Virus record (IMG/VR): IMGVR_UViG_2921473944_000001 | Coordinates: 1 to 64,000 of that record | Direction: 5' to 3' (one strand) | Source of the DNA: a virus | Taxonomy: Duplodnaviria; Caudoviricetes | DNA length: 64,000 bases | Shown: in pieces, positions 36,905 through 46,601 of the stretch | Layout: every line of letters begins with the position of its first letter | Position numbering within the stretch: the stretch's first letter is position 1 | Made by a program: the position numbers and the translations under genes | Notes under the pieces: model-generated | Database searches by the model: none | Told to the model about the DNA's origin: nothing | Seen by the model: the letters and a program-made list of their open reading frames with translations, nothing else

Positions 36905-37114
36905 TTAGCACCAAGCCCAGACTATGGCGGTAACAATCCCAACAACATGTAATATTATCCATATTGTAAAAATAATCTGATAGGTAACACTACCCTCAAA
37001 ACAATCGTTAAAATTATCTATTATGTACGACCACAAACCACAATACACAATAAGTCCAACCACTATACTAAATATACGTAATCCGAGTTTTAAATTTTCC
37101 ATAAATATAATCAC
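36905..37114 (-). CDS. Hypothetical two-helix membrane protein
   Basis: Two hydrophobic helices; RBS present. Confidence 0.6.
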   Translation of the reverse strand: MIIFMENLKLGLRIFSIVVGLIVYCGLWSYIIDNFNDCFEGSVTYQIIFTIWIILHVVGIVTAIVWAWC

Positions 37115-37123
37115 CTCACTAAT

Positions 37124-37408
37124 CTACATATACCTTGCACAGATGAAGACCGCAAAACAAGCCACCGCCATTCCAATCAGAAGTGGTTTTAAAATATCGA
37201 TGAGTCTGCCGCCACTTAGATCCCCAGGCTCCATTTCCTCTATCTTCTCTGGCGCAACCTCTTGTTTATACCACTTACGAAGTTCACGTTTAGCACCATA
37301 TTTAGTCCAACAATACCGAGTCTCTCTAAACCATACACCATCGCCCCTATGCTTCACTTGACCAAACCATAATCCCAAAGGTTTATCATACTTAACTCTA
37401 AGTTTCAT
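37124..37408 (-). CDS. Hypothetical protein
   Basis: 94-aa ORF with RBS, in an operon. Confidence 0.6.
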   Translation of the reverse strand: MKLRVKYDKPLGLWFGQVKHRGDGVWFRETRYCWTKYGAKRELRKWYKQEVAPEKIEEMEPGDLSGGRLIDILKPLLIGMAVACFAVFICARYM

Positions 37409-37420
37409 TCTTATGTCTCC

Positions 37421-37621
37421 TTATAAACTACAAATCATCAAAAACGCAAATAAAGCAACGACAAGTAAATGCATTCCAATAAAGAAACGACACCATATAC
37501 TCATAACACGATCAAAGCACCACTTATCATACTTAGTTTCGATCCACTTATCCCAGTTAACAATAATCATAATCACTGCAACTGCATAAAGAATAATCAT
37601 ACTCCAAACAAACATTACCAT
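37421..37621 (-). CDS. Hypothetical membrane protein
   Basis: Two hydrophobic helices. Confidence 0.55.
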   Translation of the reverse strand: MVMFVWSMIILYAVAVIMIIVNWDKWIETKYDKWCFDRVMSIWCRFFIGMHLLVVALFAFLMICSL

Positions 37622-37627
37622 AAATTA

Positions 37628-38206
37628 TCAATCCTCCTTAACACCAAGCCTACATTCAATAATCGCATAATAGGTACCATCATGTTCTTCACAATATCGT
37701 TTAAACACAGCTCTGTAGTCATCACCGACTTTTAGCTGTTCCTCATATACGATGTTTCGATCGGTATCCATAATCACCAGGTATGACCATTGCTCTATAC
37801 TAATCTCTTTCTTACCTGTATCTCCGATAACCCATTTAGTGACAGCCTCAACATACTCATCTGCATACTTACGTTTAACCTCTTGACAAAGATCACAGCT
37901 GTGCTTTGACCGAATTTCTTGAACTGGACAGCCAGTACACCGTGTCGCCGAATCACACATCTCTTGTGCAAACATAACTACTTCAGTTGCAGTAAGCTTA
38001 GTAATAGGCTCAAACATATCATCGGTCCAACTGCAGAGCTCATAGTCCGGATCATCAATACGGTAGAAACTAGTATACACTTCAGATATCTTGACAATCT
38101 TCCCTAATAATGTATACATACGCCACGTAAAAATGCCATCGCCATATATATCGCCAACTGCTAAATCTTTTCTAACCCTTAATCTGTCCCCAACCTTATA
38201 TCTCAT
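37628..38206 (-). CDS. Hypothetical phage protein (N-terminal SH3/KOW-like 'KVGDRLRVR')
   Basis: 192-aa ORF with RBS GGAGG. Confidence 0.6.
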   Translation of the reverse strand: MRYKVGDRLRVRKDLAVGDIYGDGIFTWRMYTLLGKIVKISEVYTSFYRIDDPDYELCSWTDDMFEPITKLTATEVVMFAQEMCDSATRCTGCPVQEIRSKHSCDLCQEVKRKYADEYVEAVTKWVIGDTGKKEISIEQWSYLVIMDTDRNIVYEEQLKVGDDYRAVFKRYCEEHDGTYYAIIECRLGVKED

Positions 38207-38217
38207 ACTATTGCCTC

Positions 38218-38712
38218 CTAATACGCTTCCACTACTTCAAGTTTCTTCAGATCCTCGATAGACCATACAGTAGAATATATAACTTTAACCATTGGAAACT
38301 GTACGTCAAAACCACTAATATACGTGTAATCGGAGCCAGCAACGCACCCTCTACTAAACCACTCATCGTTAACTGCATAAACCTTCTTACATACAAATAG
38401 TTTACCATCCCTGTCTCTAACAATATATTTATAAGTGTTACCAATACAATCAAGAAACCTTCTATCGCTCTTAGAAATCACAGGTCTCTCAACATACTCA
38501 GAATCAGCCCATTCCTTTCTCGAATTATAGCAAGCACGGTGATTCATCTCGTTAAGTAAACATTTACCACAACGCAGCTCACGACATGACGCGGGACTTC
38601 CTGTGCGTTTATCTACACCAAAACTAACATCCTCACAAACAATGTCTACAATCTCTTTCACATACTTTTCTTTATTCTTCATAAAAATCAATCCTCCAAT
38701 CTCTGACCGCAT
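38218..38712 (-). CDS. Hypothetical Cys-containing phage protein
   Basis: 'MKNKEKY...C..L.CGKCL...W..SEY.E' family; likely start ~38679. Confidence 0.6.
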   Translation of the reverse strand: MRSEIGGLIFMKNKEKYVKEIVDIVCEDVSFGVDKRTGSPASCRELRCGKCLLNEMNHRACYNSRKEWADSEYVERPVISKSDRRFLDCIGNTYKYIVRDRDGKLFVCKKVYAVNDEWFSRGCVAGSDYTYISGFDVQFPMVKVIYSTVWSIEDLKKLEVVEAY

Positions 38713-38948
38713 CTATCACAGTAAGTCTGAGGCGGCACACCATGATCTACCACATAACCGCAAAACGGACAATGTATAAGGTGATCAAAACCTACCCATT
38801 TCCCCATCTTTCTATTCTTAGCTTTAAGTTTCTGGTACTCTTCCCATTCTCTTATGGTGATTTTACGACCTGTTGTGTTTTCCTGTTCTTTTAGACGTTT
38901 ATATTCATCCATCTCATTTTCCGTAATTAAAAACATCTTCTGTGCCAT
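38688..38948 (-). CDS. Zn-ribbon protein
   Basis: CPFC...CDRCGQRL. Confidence 0.6.
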   Translation of the reverse strand: MAQKMFLITENEMDEYKRLKEQENTTGRKITIREWEEYQKLKAKNRKMGKWVGFDHLIHCPFCGYVVDHGVPPQTYCDRCGQRLED

Positions 38949-39038
38949 GTTTACTCTCCTTTCCCAATATCAATCAAAAAAAGAAAAGAGTCCAAATCAA
39001 TCAAGACTCAGACCCCTCTCGGTGGTAAAAATCAATCT

Positions 39039-39287
39039 TTAGTTCTTTTCAGTTTTCTTCTTTTTCTCATGATAATCTTCGTATAACGATGCTACTAAAC
39101 ATACACCAGCTCCGATCCACATACCACGTATTACGCCTCTAATAGCCGTGTTAAAACCGACATTATACATTTCACATGCCTGATTATATAACGGTTTAAT
39201 ATAGTGTTCGTCATGTGCTACTAACTGGTTTAATACCTTAAAATCAGCATCATCCATATACTTCAATTCATCTTTCTTTCCAAACAT
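39039..39287 (-). CDS. Hypothetical protein with C-terminal hydrophobic helix
   Basis: Single-gene unit with its own promoter motif and terminator. Confidence 0.65.
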   Translation of the reverse strand: MFGKKDELKYMDDADFKVLNQLVAHDEHYIKPLYNQACEMYNVGFNTAIRGVIRGMWIGAGVCLVASLYEDYHEKKKKTEKN

Positions 39288-39324
39288 AGTCTTTTTCTCC
39301 TTTCAGAATCTAAAATATTATTAC

Positions 39325-39349
39325 CATAACAGCCTATGAATATGTCGCG
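39325..39349 (-). promoter_or_regulatory. Phage-specific promoter motif CGCGA-N15-TTATG
   Basis: Plus strand CATAA-N15-TCGCG; 38 nt upstream of ATG 39287. Confidence 0.75.
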
Positions 39350-39404
39350 AGAAACAAGAAGAGTCCTAGATTTTTCTAAGCCCCCTCTCAAATACTGTTA
39401 GATT

Positions 39405-39734
39405 TTAAATCCTTTTAAATATCCATTTTTTGGTTAATTCTTCCATCATACAGATATCGCCTTCACCATAAAAGAAATCAGGCACACGATGCATAAGCTG
39501 CAATGCTTTCTTAGTTGCCACTAAATCTCTTTTTAATACTGATAATTTATCATCAAGTAAATCAAGATCACCATTGATCCTTATAGTCGTCAATGCATCA
39601 TCTAATTTCATGCTTAATGAAAATTTACGCAGTGCCTTATATCGAATCTCTGCAACTCTAGCACGCTCAGCCATTACTAATTCGCGTTCTATCTCTAATT
39701 CCTTAATATGCTGTTCTAAATCTGTTCTTGTCAT
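39405..39734 (-). CDS. Hypothetical coiled-coil protein
   Basis: Own promoter motif and terminator. Confidence 0.6.
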   Translation of the reverse strand: MTRTDLEQHIKELEIERELVMAERARVAEIRYKALRKFSLSMKLDDALTTIRINGDLDLLDDKLSVLKRDLVATKKALQLMHRVPDFFYGEGDICMMEELTKKWIFKRI

Positions 39735-39772
39735 AATGTTACCTCTCTTTCTATTTTAGGGTTTTAATTTCT

Positions 39773-39797
39773 CATAACAGCCTAAGAAAGTATCGCG
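39773..39797 (-). promoter_or_regulatory. Phage-specific promoter motif
   Basis: CATAA-N15-TCGCG upstream of ATG 39734. Confidence 0.75.
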
Positions 39798-39847
39798 AAT
39801 AAAATAAGAGAGCATGTCTAAAATATAGATCAAGCCCTCTTGCTTCG

Positions 39848-40051
39848 TTACTTCTTAAATTTTTCCTTGACACGTTCCTGAATAGTTCCGTCCCATACCC
39901 ATAAATATAGACGATACCAAAACATCGCAAACGTTAGAATTATCTTAATCAGTATAATAATTGGCATTAATATCCATCTAATAATTCTAGCCGTTTGGTC
40001 CAATTTTGCATGATCCTCTCTATTTATAGTTTGTTTTTCGAATCTTTCCAT
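39848..40051 (-). CDS. Hypothetical membrane protein
   Basis: One TM helix; own promoter motif. Confidence 0.6.
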   Translation of the reverse strand: MERFEKQTINREDHAKLDQTARIIRWILMPIIILIKIILTFAMFWYRLYLWVWDGTIQERVKEKFKK

Positions 40052-40085
40052 AACTGTTTCCTTTCAAATCTTAAAATATGTATTC

Positions 40086-40110
40086 CATAACAGCCCATGA
40101 AATAGTCGCG
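40086..40110 (-). promoter_or_regulatory. Phage-specific promoter motif
   Basis: CATAA-N15-TCGCG upstream of ATG 40051. Confidence 0.75.
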
Positions 40111-40118
40111 AGAAACAA

Positions 40119-40367
40119 TCATACAAGTTTTCTGCCGCAGTTCGGACAATATTTAATCGGAATATCAACACGAGCAATACTACCAATACCAGCAAGAGCA
40201 TATAAGTCAGCCTGCAAAATAGGTTCTCTAGCAGTGTCTGTCTCAGTAATATATAATCGCAACCCCAATGCATCGGGAGTATCACCAATACCAATGAAAG
40301 CACCACCGATATCATTAGTCATATCAGGCTTACCATCAATAGTTTCAACTTTACAAAATTCACACAT
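40119..40367 (-). CDS. Zn-binding hypothetical protein
   Basis: MCEFC...IKYCPNCGRKL. Confidence 0.65.
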   Translation of the reverse strand: MCEFCKVETIDGKPDMTNDIGGAFIGIGDTPDALGLRLYITETDTAREPILQADLYALAGIGSIARVDIPIKYCPNCGRKLV

Positions 40368-40467
40368 AATTAATACCTCCTTTAAAATATAGCGGTTCTA
40401 AAAATGAGACAAAAGAAGAGCCTAAGTCAATTAAGACCTAGGACTCCTACCGTGTTAACGATTATTT

Positions 40468-40662
40468 TTAATGCTTCTTTTTAGCAATATGACGGAATTT
40501 GAACTCAATCCCGATATTCATAACACTTGTCATGAATTTACAAGCATCAACGTGCTCCATGCCAAGAAGTTCTAACTTCTTAATACACTTCCCAGCCTCG
40601 AGCTGTAATTCTTGAAAACTCATTTCTCTTGCTTTTACGTCAGTAATTTCTTTCACTTCCAT
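40468..40662 (-). CDS. Hypothetical protein
   Basis: True start MEVKEI after AAGGAGG; the ORF-track extension is promoter sequence. Confidence 0.6.
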   Translation of the reverse strand: MEVKEITDVKAREMSFQELQLEAGKCIKKLELLGMEHVDACKFMTSVMNIGIEFKFRHIAKKKH

Positions 40663-40700
40663 TGTCAATTCCTCCTTATTGAAACGTTTGTTAATCTTTC

Positions 40701-40725
40701 TATAACAGCCCATGTAACATTCGCG
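40701..40725 (-). promoter_or_regulatory. Phage-specific promoter motif
   Basis: TATAA-N15-TCGCG upstream of ATG 40662. Confidence 0.75.
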
Positions 40726-40775
40726 AATAAAAAGAAGAGCCGTCGTATATTTCAACTAAGACTCCTCCATTCCCT

Positions 40776-41180
40776 TTACAGATAAGGTTTAATTTCTCTC
40801 AGATGATTTTGGATTTTTCCTATTTCGTCGAGCTCACTACATAAATCGGCATATCGTTTATCAAGATAGTCTAAATATTCATCCAATTCTTGCTGATCAC
40901 GAACCAAGTTTCTCTTACCTATAAGCATACGATAATCTGGATTTACGTTATTCAATGATGCTGCTGGTATCGCATAACAGAAATTATTTCCGTATAGTGT
41001 GCCAGGAATATCATTAAAATCCCATTCCTTCTTCGTCTCGTTTATAACCAGATAAGCCCTGATCTGTCCGGTGCTAATCCATGCTCTAATTGTCGATTCT
41101 CCGACTCCTAATAAATATGCAGCTTCTTCGATTGTGTAATAGTCTCTCATCATATTTTTACCTCTCTTTCTGAATATCAA
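40776..41180 (-). CDS. HTH (excisionase/MerR-like) DNA-binding protein
   Basis: 'YYTIEEAAYLLGVGESTIRAWISTGQIRA'. Confidence 0.7.
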   Translation of the reverse strand: MIFRKRGKNMMRDYYTIEEAAYLLGVGESTIRAWISTGQIRAYLVINETKKEWDFNDIPGTLYGNNFCYAIPAASLNNVNPDYRMLIGKRNLVRDQQELDEYLDYLDKRYADLCSELDEIGKIQNHLREIKPYL

Positions 41181-41638
41181 TTTTTCTTTTCTGCATAAGA
41201 GAGCCTGTTTCTATCGCGAGGGATAAAAGGATCAGCATCGAAAAATAATAATGACATTGTATGATCACAATAAGCATAGTGACGTACCTCAAACGTAATA
41301 TACAGGTCATCTTTTAATAAAAAGTTTTGCTCAACACATGGTACACACCCGCACGTTCTAATGTGATGACAATGCAATCTAATTCTCTTATCATAGACTG
41401 GTATAACTCTTACACAATATGTGTCATCGTAACATCTATAAGCCGGATAATTAAGTTTCTTAAACACTTCATGCTGTTCCTTATCAATTTTAGCCATATA
41501 ATGATAAAATACTCTATCACCAACAATTCGCTCAGATAGACGATGCTTTGTGATATACGCTTTCATTGTAATTTCTTCACTATTTATAAATTTCATAGTA
41601 TTCATTCCCATACCATACACTCCTTTTAACTTAAACAT
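41177..41638 (-). CDS. Hypothetical protein
   Basis: 153-aa ORF. Confidence 0.55.
   Translation of the reverse strand: MFKLKGVYGMGMNTMKFINSEEITMKAYITKHRLSERIVGDRVFYHYMAKIDKEQHEVFKKLNYPAYRCYDDTYCVRVIPVYDKRIRLHCHHIRTCGCVPCVEQNFLLKDDLYITFEVRHYAYCDHTMSLLFFDADPFIPRDRNRLSYAEKKN
41194..41218 (-). promoter_or_regulatory. Phage-specific promoter motif embedded in the 3' end of the upstream CDS
   Basis: CATAA-N15-TCGCG. Confidence 0.65.
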
Positions 41639-41701
41639 ACAATAAAAAAGAGCCTAAGCCATTTCTGACCTAGACCCTTCTGAATCTGAAAATATCGATG
41701 T

Positions 41702-41773
41702 TTACTTGTTCTTACCACCACGAGTTTCTCTTACTGTCTTTTCACCGTCATAATATACGATTGTGATTTTCAT
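41702..41773 (-). CDS. 23-aa micropeptide MKITIVYYDGEKTVRETRGGKNK
   Basis: Strong RBS GGAGGTGAG, upstream TTGATT...TGaTAGAAT promoter (~41805-41834) and downstream terminator (41640-41682). Confidence 0.55.
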   Translation of the reverse strand: MKITIVYYDGEKTVRETRGGKNK

Positions 41774-41888
41774 ACGTCTCACCTCCATTTAAGTGAAACC
41801 AATTCTATCACAAATATAAATTAAATCAAGTATTGACTTATAAGAACTAGAAAAACAAAAGGGGCAAGTATATCACCCCTCTGAGAAA

Positions 41889-42182
41889 TTACTGATGAAT
41901 ATAAATCTCATAAACATCAAGATTATCATCATTGTAAATATCAACTTCGAATTTCATACCCATACATTCAAATGGATAGTCTTCATATAGTTCCGCGTCA
42001 TTAGGTAGTAATAACGTTGTAGATCCTCCATCAGGAAAACCTATAGTTATACCCCAATTAAGCGGACTTTTAATAAAGTACACTTGAAGCATGAACAGTT
42101 CACCTGTATTGTCGACCTCTAATCCAATATTTACGAAATCACTTTTACGACTCACCTGAATTCCTCTTATATTTTTGTTCAT
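41889..42182 (-). CDS. Hypothetical protein
   Basis: RBS and own promoter motif. Confidence 0.6.
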   Translation of the reverse strand: MNKNIRGIQVSRKSDFVNIGLEVDNTGELFMLQVYFIKSPLNWGITIGFPDGGSTTLLLPNDAELYEDYPFECMGMKFEVDIYNDDNLDVYEIYIHQ

Positions 42183-42205
42183 ATTGAACCCTCCTTTGTT
42201 TTTTT

Positions 42206-42230
42206 CATAACATAGTAGGATTCTATCGCG
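42206..42230 (-). promoter_or_regulatory. Phage-specific promoter motif
   Basis: CATAA-N15-TCGCG upstream of ATG 42182. Confidence 0.75.
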
Positions 42231-42444
42231 ATTTCTAGTAACCTCTGTACTTTAATTATTCAGCCAGTCCTCGAGCATCTTTATAGCAGCATTTTCATAC
42301 ATCTTACAAGTCTCGTTTACTAACTGTTTATTAAACATATCTTTGGTTTTACACTGACCATCTGGATAATCTTCAGGATTGGCTACTTCTATCTCACATC
42401 TCTCGAAAAATGGACAGGTAAGGCATTCATGAAGTCTTCTAAGT

Positions 42445-42831
42445 TCATTCCTGCTCAGGTTCATGTAAATCACCCCTCTGTTCACCCGGATTCAAATATT
42501 CAATATTATCTCCAAAATCAGTAACAGTAATTCCCCAGATCTTAGTCGGAGCGAAAAACTGCTGCAATAGAATCTGAGCCTCATCAACGAGAAGACCTTT
42601 ACGCATAATGTCAGTATTCATAAAAGGTTTATTCTGCTTCATACGGAAGATCTCTTCAACTGAAAACGGTTCCGGAATATCATATCCCATGTCATTTGCC
42701 TGCTTACGAATATAATCAGCCATGCATCGGCTAGGAGCTACGATATAAGCTCCAGTCTCTGCCGACTTCTTAATCAATGTTGCAGTTTTACCTGAACCTC
42801 TAGCCCCTACATAAATATCCATCCTATTCAT
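42445..42831 (-). CDS. Small P-loop NTPase
   Basis: Walker A 'GARGSGKT' and Walker B 'LLVDEAQ'. Confidence 0.7.
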   Translation of the reverse strand: MNRMDIYVGARGSGKTATLIKKSAETGAYIVAPSRCMADYIRKQANDMGYDIPEPFSVEEIFRMKQNKPFMNTDIMRKGLLVDEAQILLQQFFAPTKIWGITVTDFGDNIEYLNPGEQRGDLHEPEQE

Positions 42832-42836
42832 AATAA

Positions 42837-43175
42837 TTACTCCTTTTCTTTATCTCTTAATGTACAAACCAATTCATATATCATCTCTTTAGCTGTAAGG
42901 TCTGTACGAGCTTTCATAACGCCCTTGAAATAATACTCTACGAAAATATCAATAGCTCTTTCTCGATTATCCTCACGAAGCCAAACCATACCATTAAATA
43001 CATCGCCCTCATCGCCACTACACAGATACTTATGTCCATTATGATATGATTTGAAATATGCACGCCCACGAGTACAGTTTGATATAAGACCATATACGTC
43101 ATCAATGTATTCAAGCGTACCTTTCGTAGACTCTAATTTACCTCCAAATATCCAGTATAACCATACTTCATCCAT
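42837..43175 (-). CDS. Hypothetical protein (paralog of 45680..46018)
   Basis: Shared 'G.(V/L)(F/Y)N..VW......AIDIF' motif. Confidence 0.6.
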   Translation of the reverse strand: MDEVWLYWIFGGKLESTKGTLEYIDDVYGLISNCTRGRAYFKSYHNGHKYLCSGDEGDVFNGMVWLREDNRERAIDIFVEYYFKGVMKARTDLTAKEMIYELVCTLRDKEKE

Positions 43176-43177
43176 AT

Positions 43178-43435
43178 CTAACTCTCCTGTGTAGCCCTTA
43201 ATACATGTCCTACATTATCGACATAACACTCGTGCCAAATTGTGATAGGTTTTTCATCACCATCTGTAAGGTCAATCCAAGCTGCCAACACTGTATGATT
43301 AAATCGCATAGTTTCTACAGCTAACAACGCCGAGTCCAACGATAAACAACAGTCGTATGAACTTTCTCGATAAGCAAATCTATTAAAATTATCCTGAATA
43401 ATATAGTTAGTCCAATATCTTTTCATTCTTACCAC
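43178..43435 (-). CDS. Hypothetical protein
   Basis: 85-aa ORF in an operon. Confidence 0.5.
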   Translation of the reverse strand: MVRMKRYWTNYIIQDNFNRFAYRESSYDCCLSLDSALLAVETMRFNHTVLAAWIDLTDGDEKPITIWHECYVDNVGHVLRATQES

Positions 43436-43496
43436 CCTTTCTAAAAGAAAAAAGAGAAGCTAATTAAAGCCTCTCTTAATATTGTTCATCAATCTG

Positions 43497-44606
43497 TTAT
43501 AAACTACCACTTGCGTTTGACAACCATGGGTCAGCACTCGGCAGCTTTGCCGTATATTTTTTCACAAACTCATCTGGTGCAATACGAACCGGACTCTCAA
43601 CAGTATCAACATTAGCTGCATATGTTTCCGACTCGACATCCATCATATCAAATAACCAATCTGTAATAATATCCATAGCCCATGAAATATCAAATGTGCT
43701 ACCAGCAGCTTTTGGATGACCACCGCCTCCGTAATTATGAGCAATTTCAGTACCAAGATTAATATTGTCTCGAATTGTACGATAGCTAACCCTGCCACGT
43801 GAAATATCAATCATAGCAATGTAGGCAAACTCAGGATGTATCTCACACAGACGATTACCGAGCTCACTAAAATACCGTTCAGCAAATATAACACCATATG
43901 TATTACCCCACTGGTCTGTTTTAACTGTAATCTGTCTCTCCTTTTGCTCTACATAAATATCAATGTCTTTCTGTTTCTGTTCAAGTAAGAGTGTATCAGT
44001 TTCTGAGAACCACTCGTCTTGATGTAATGGCGAAGTACCAAACATGATACGCTTCATAGCCAGCTCAATGAATTTATCTCTACCATAAATATGAAAGAGA
44101 TCGTTCATCTGCTTACTAACAAGTCCGTCTTCTCCTAATTCTTTCCAACGCCAAGTATCATAGTCTCGAACTATAGACACGAAACGAGATATTTTATTTT
44201 GAGTTGTCTGATCGTACGTAAGACTTAAACTATTACTCACATATAAATAGAACAATTCAGTACCACTAGTCTTTACAGCATCTAAATATTCATATACAGT
44301 ACACCAAAAGTAGTTATCCAATCTAAGAGCAGTTCCATGATGGTCAAATAAACGTACTGTTCTCTCAACCTTATCTAAACAGTCAATCATACTAGCTACC
44401 TGATCGGAGACCGAAATATCAGTAATGAAAATCGAATCGTAACTCCTGTACAGATCTTCGTTTTCCATGAATGCTTCTACTTTATCATCCACATCGTCAT
44501 AGTTACAATACTCAACATCAACATTCTCTTTACCAAATGCCAAATACGCTAAAACAGCACATCCGATACCGTCAAGATCGATATGTGTGAATATTTTAAT
44601 TTTCAT
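43497..44606 (-). CDS. DHH/DHHA1 phosphoesterase
   Basis: 'THIDLDG', 'ITD', 'DHH', 'DYDTW', 'GGGHPKAAG'. Confidence 0.9.
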   Translation of the reverse strand: MKIKIFTHIDLDGIGCAVLAYLAFGKENVDVEYCNYDDVDDKVEAFMENEDLYRSYDSIFITDISVSDQVASMIDCLDKVERTVRLFDHHGTALRLDNYFWCTVYEYLDAVKTSGTELFYLYVSNSLSLTYDQTTQNKISRFVSIVRDYDTWRWKELGEDGLVSKQMNDLFHIYGRDKFIELAMKRIMFGTSPLHQDEWFSETDTLLLEQKQKDIDIYVEQKERQITVKTDQWGNTYGVIFAERYFSELGNRLCEIHPEFAYIAMIDISRGRVSYRTIRDNINLGTEIAHNYGGGGHPKAAGSTFDISWAMDIITDWLFDMMDVESETYAANVDTVESPVRIAPDEFVKKYTAKLPSADPWLSNASGSL

Positions 44607-44621
44607 AGATTTAAATCTCCT

Positions 44622-44993
44622 TTATTTGTAATATAAGTCACGCTCTTCCAAAGTGTTAAAGTGTGGAGGATTATCGTAACTAGTACTGCCACCCTCGTTT
44701 TTCGTCTTTTTAGGTCTACCTACTTTTTTCTTAGCTGGTTTTGAATCAGCATATGACTCCCGAATATCAGAAACCTCTCTTTGTAATGCCTTGACCGTAT
44801 TGTTAAAATTCTCCCGAATATCTTCATAAGACATCTCCATCCATTCTTTTCTCTGAGCACACTCTTCAGGACTTCCGCATCTCGCATACTGTCTATACTC
44901 AAATAGTAAATTCTCCAATGCCTTCTTTCTTTTTACATCAGACAGACTACTACAAAGTTCTTCTACAATTTCTAATTCTTTTATTGTTAACAT
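44622..44993 (-). CDS. Hypothetical protein with GRP motif
   Basis: 'KKKVGRPKK'. Confidence 0.55.
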   Translation of the reverse strand: MLTIKELEIVEELCSSLSDVKRKKALENLLFEYRQYARCGSPEECAQRKEWMEMSYEDIRENFNNTVKALQREVSDIRESYADSKPAKKKVGRPKKTKNEGGSTSYDNPPHFNTLEERDLYYK

Positions 44994-45014
44994 AATATTA
45001 ATTCTCCTTTTATC

Positions 45015-45524
45015 TTACTTTTTTGATATATATAGATGAATATCTGAGTCGTTTCCAACAGTTTTGAACTTATATACTCTGGATTGTAAAATATCGTCTG
45101 ATAATGCTTCCATAGCAACAATAGCTCTTGCTGAGAAACGACCACATGGCTCATAGACATGAATTGTGATATTCTGCCTCTCATCGAGAATTTTCAAAAC
45201 GTCAATAAGTTTAAAACGACCATTCTCCATCACCTTTTCGTTTTTCTCAATATATTCCTCTACATTTGCAAACACAGCTAATGGGTCTAAATCAGTTTTA
45301 GAATAATACCATAAAACATTATAATAAGGGATTCCTTCCTCAGCCGCACATTTAATCTTCCTGATAGCCGTGCCATCGTCATCAAATAGTTTTAAATAAC
45401 TAGTACCAGGCTCGTAAAAATCACCGTCAAAATATGCCTCTCTATGATATAGAATAGCTTTGTATTCCTTAACTGTAGTTTTGCCACTTCTAACATAAGC
45501 CCATACACTTCCCATACATTTCAT
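45015..45524 (-). CDS. Hypothetical two-module protein
   Basis: N-half resembles the 42837/45680 family; C-half resembles the 47533/47748 family. Confidence 0.55.
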   Translation of the reverse strand: MKCMGSVWAYVRSGKTTVKEYKAILYHREAYFDGDFYEPGTSYLKLFDDDGTAIRKIKCAAEEGIPYYNVLWYYSKTDLDPLAVFANVEEYIEKNEKVMENGRFKLIDVLKILDERQNITIHVYEPCGRFSARAIVAMEALSDDILQSRVYKFKTVGNDSDIHLYISKK

Positions 45525-45679
45525 AATATTAATACCTCCTTACATTTCATAATATATACACCAACATGTAACATATCGTAAGAATCAAAATCATCCAGTA
45601 CTCCCAGTTGAGAATACCATACCCCATATGATTTAATATAAGACCTTCACCTAACATAATCAGTGCGCTAATAATAAGT

Positions 45680-46018
45680 CTAAGAAACTGTCCCATTACT
45701 AATACTCTCCTCTATCAACTGCATTTTCAAAAGGTTCGTAAAAGTAGTCTTTCTTCTCTGCAGTGCTTCTTCCAACTTATTAATCTTCTCATTCTCATCT
45801 TCCATGAAAATATCAATAGCTTTAACCTTGTCTGCTTTTGGGAACCACACATTATGGTTATACAGAACACCTGGCTTCGGATCGCAAGTCAGTACACGAA
45901 GAATCTTTCCATCGTCATTAATAATTCTAAATATAGCCTTATATTTACCCCGTACCTGTAAATCCCCTTCATACTCATAGAGCTTTCCTCTGTAAAAATT
46001 GTATAAATATACTTTCAT
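45680..46018 (-). CDS. Hypothetical protein
   Basis: Paralog of 42837..43175. Confidence 0.6.
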   Translation of the reverse strand: MKVYLYNFYRGKLYEYEGDLQVRGKYKAIFRIINDDGKILRVLTCDPKPGVLYNHNVWFPKADKVKAIDIFMEDENEKINKLEEALQRRKTTFTNLLKMQLIEESISNGTVS

Positions 46019-46163
46019 AAATATCGATCCTCCTCTATATTCTTACACCGCTTCCTGGTACGTTTTGTGAAATACATATGATGTTTCATTCGACAATCTT
46101 TCTTATCCGCGCCATTATGTAAATACGAGTTTCTTGCTTTTCTCTTTTTATTTTCACTTGCCA

Positions 46164-46601
46164 TTAATCATATTCCTCAAGTTCCTCTGCTTTGAATTTA
46201 GACACCGCATCATATATAAGTTTCTTAATAGCTTCATGATTGTCAATAGAAAACCTATCTGGTAATGAAACAGTCCCGTGATATATCTTTTCATCGAAAT
46301 TGCTATAAGATTTAACATTTGTTCTAACCAGGCGACTACTATATATAATTTCACGTGACGTTACACCGATACTATCACGCATACTGAATCTAACACCACG
46401 ATTTATTTTAACATGCGCTAATTCTTTACCATTACAAATAGGATATTCTTCAATACGCATTTCTTCCAAGTCAGCCCCTTGATGCAAACAAACATAACGT
46501 TCAGCGTCTTCCCGATTTATACATATCGTTTCAATATGATAGTCTGAATACTCACCAGCAGTCACTACATATATTTTATCTAACTTATTCATACTGTACA
46601 C
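46164..46601 (-). CDS. Hypothetical protein (DUF7336-like 'IYVVT.GEYSDYHI')
   Basis: N-terminal motif common in phage proteins. Confidence 0.55.
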   Translation of the reverse strand: MYSMNKLDKIYVVTAGEYSDYHIETICINREDAERYVCLHQGADLEEMRIEEYPICNGKELAHVKINRGVRFSMRDSIGVTSREIIYSSRLVRTNVKSYSNFDEKIYHGTVSLPDRFSIDNHEAIKKLIYDAVSKFKAEELEEYD

